Assembly (NCBI RefSeq): GCF_006345805.1
Contig: NW_021829100.1
Span: 1-6,941 of the forward strand
Direction: 5' to 3'
Source: Octopus sinensis
Taxonomy: Eukaryota
Length of the DNA: 6,941 nt
The notes below the pieces were generated by a model that worked only from the letters and a program-made list of their open reading frames with translations, had not been told where the DNA came from and ran no database searches. How positions within the stretch are numbered: position 1 is the stretch's first letter; every line of letters begins with the position of its first letter. Shown one piece after another: positions 5,849-6,941 of the stretch. The position numbers were made by a program, and so were the translations under genes.

Positions 5849-6324
5849 TTCGCTGCTGTCTGACATTCTTTTACCAGATCTGTCTTGTATTGGCGAACAT
5901 TCCTCTTTTGGTATTTTAAATGCCCAATTCATTGAACCAATTTCTCTCTCCATTCTCTTGTAGATTTCATTTCTTCATATGTTGTTCTAATTCTTGTTAT
6001 TGTCGCTGCATTTCTGTTTCTTTCCTTTTCAATTTCTTTTCTTTTTCTTTTTTTTATATTTAATTTTTATTTTTATTCTTTTATCAGTCTGTTTGTTAAT
6101 CCAAGAATTGAAAATCTTTGATTTTTCTTTTATCACAATTTCCGTTAATTTCTTGCAGATCCTCCTATTTCCTCTCACCCCTACCCATTCCTAACCTCGC
6201 CCCACACCCCCACATCCCCCAACCTACCCTTGCTACTCTACTGTATTCCACACTACTCGGCAAGTCTATACATTTCTTCATTCCTACATCATCGCAACTA
6301 ATGCTTGTTTTTATTAATTTACTT

Positions 6325-6427
6325 CATCATCATCATCATCATCATCATCCTCATCATCATCATCGTCGTCGTCGTCGTCACCACCACCATCATTATCATC
6401 ATAATCATCATCCTCATCATCATCATC
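6325..6427. repeat. Compound (CAT)n/(CGT)n/(CAC)n trinucleotide microsatellite
   Basis: Read directly. It is the source of the poly-His/Arg in ORF 6118-6432. Confidence 0.92.
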
Positions 6428-6539
6428 AGTAGTATTAATATTGCTACTCTGATATATATATATTTCTTTTACTAATCCATCGCTTTGTTTCCTAATCTTT
6501 TCTTTTAATCTCTGCCAAACATTTACCCTTCCCCCACCC

Positions 6540-6603
6540 TATCACCATCACCAATACCACCACTACCACCACCACCACCACCACTACCACCCGCCACCAA
6601 CCA
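6540..6603. repeat. (CAC)n-rich microsatellite
   Basis: Read directly. Confidence 0.85.
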
Positions 6604-6716
6604 TTACAACGTCTATATACTTTTCTTGTCTGGGTTGCCCTTAAAATGACAACACTTACCAATATAAACACATCGAGTATCCGCCATCTTCACCAACCAA
6701 AGATGACGTCAGCGTT

Positions 6717-6761
6717 AACAGCAACAAAAACAACAACTACTACTACTACTACTATTGGTGG

Positions 6762-6797
<36 letters not shown>

Positions 6798-6817
6798 CAC
6801 TACCACTACAGCTGCTG

Positions 6818-6850
<33 letters not shown>

Positions 6851-6858
6851 AGCTGATG

Positions 6859-6894
<36 letters not shown>

Positions 6895-6941
6895 TTACTA
6901 CTACAGCTGCTGCAACTACTACTACGACTACAACTGCTGTT
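6717..6941. repeat. Compound (CAA)/(CTA)n/(CTG) trinucleotide array running off the window end
   Basis: (CTA)n blocks punctuated by CAGCTG(C/A)TGC. Confidence 0.92.

Noticed and set aside
5866-5917. 33-nt micro-exon (TTTTACCAG|ATCTGT...CTTTTG|GTATTT)
   Set aside because: Weak donor, generic peptide and no independent support.
5994-6432. Phe-rich ORF and poly-His ORF
   Set aside because: They derive from a T-rich tract and a (CAT)n microsatellite, with no coding signature.

Overview
AT-rich, repeat-dense eukaryotic DNA with no intact protein-coding gene. The repeat families look like those of octopus (coleoid cephalopod) genomes; this is recognition from memory, not a database hit. About half of the window is microsatellite plus retroelements: four tRNA-headed SINE copies built from interchangeable head and tail modules, a head-to-tail SINE concatemer, a 5'-truncated RTE-clade LINE nested inside a SINE, older SINE relics, and a Penelope-like terminal fragment carrying a degenerate minimal hammerhead ribozyme. 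All ORFs in the track are explained by repeats or chance, except 3211-3582(-), which is mostly the RTE LINE C-terminus. The main hidden signal is in the non-repeat spacers from about 360 to 2900. Read on the + strand with the insertions removed, they give LRR, CxC cap, juxtamembrane and TIR-like motifs in the order expected for a heavily decayed single-exon Toll-like receptor pseudogene. That call is manual pattern matching and needs an HMM/BLAST test.
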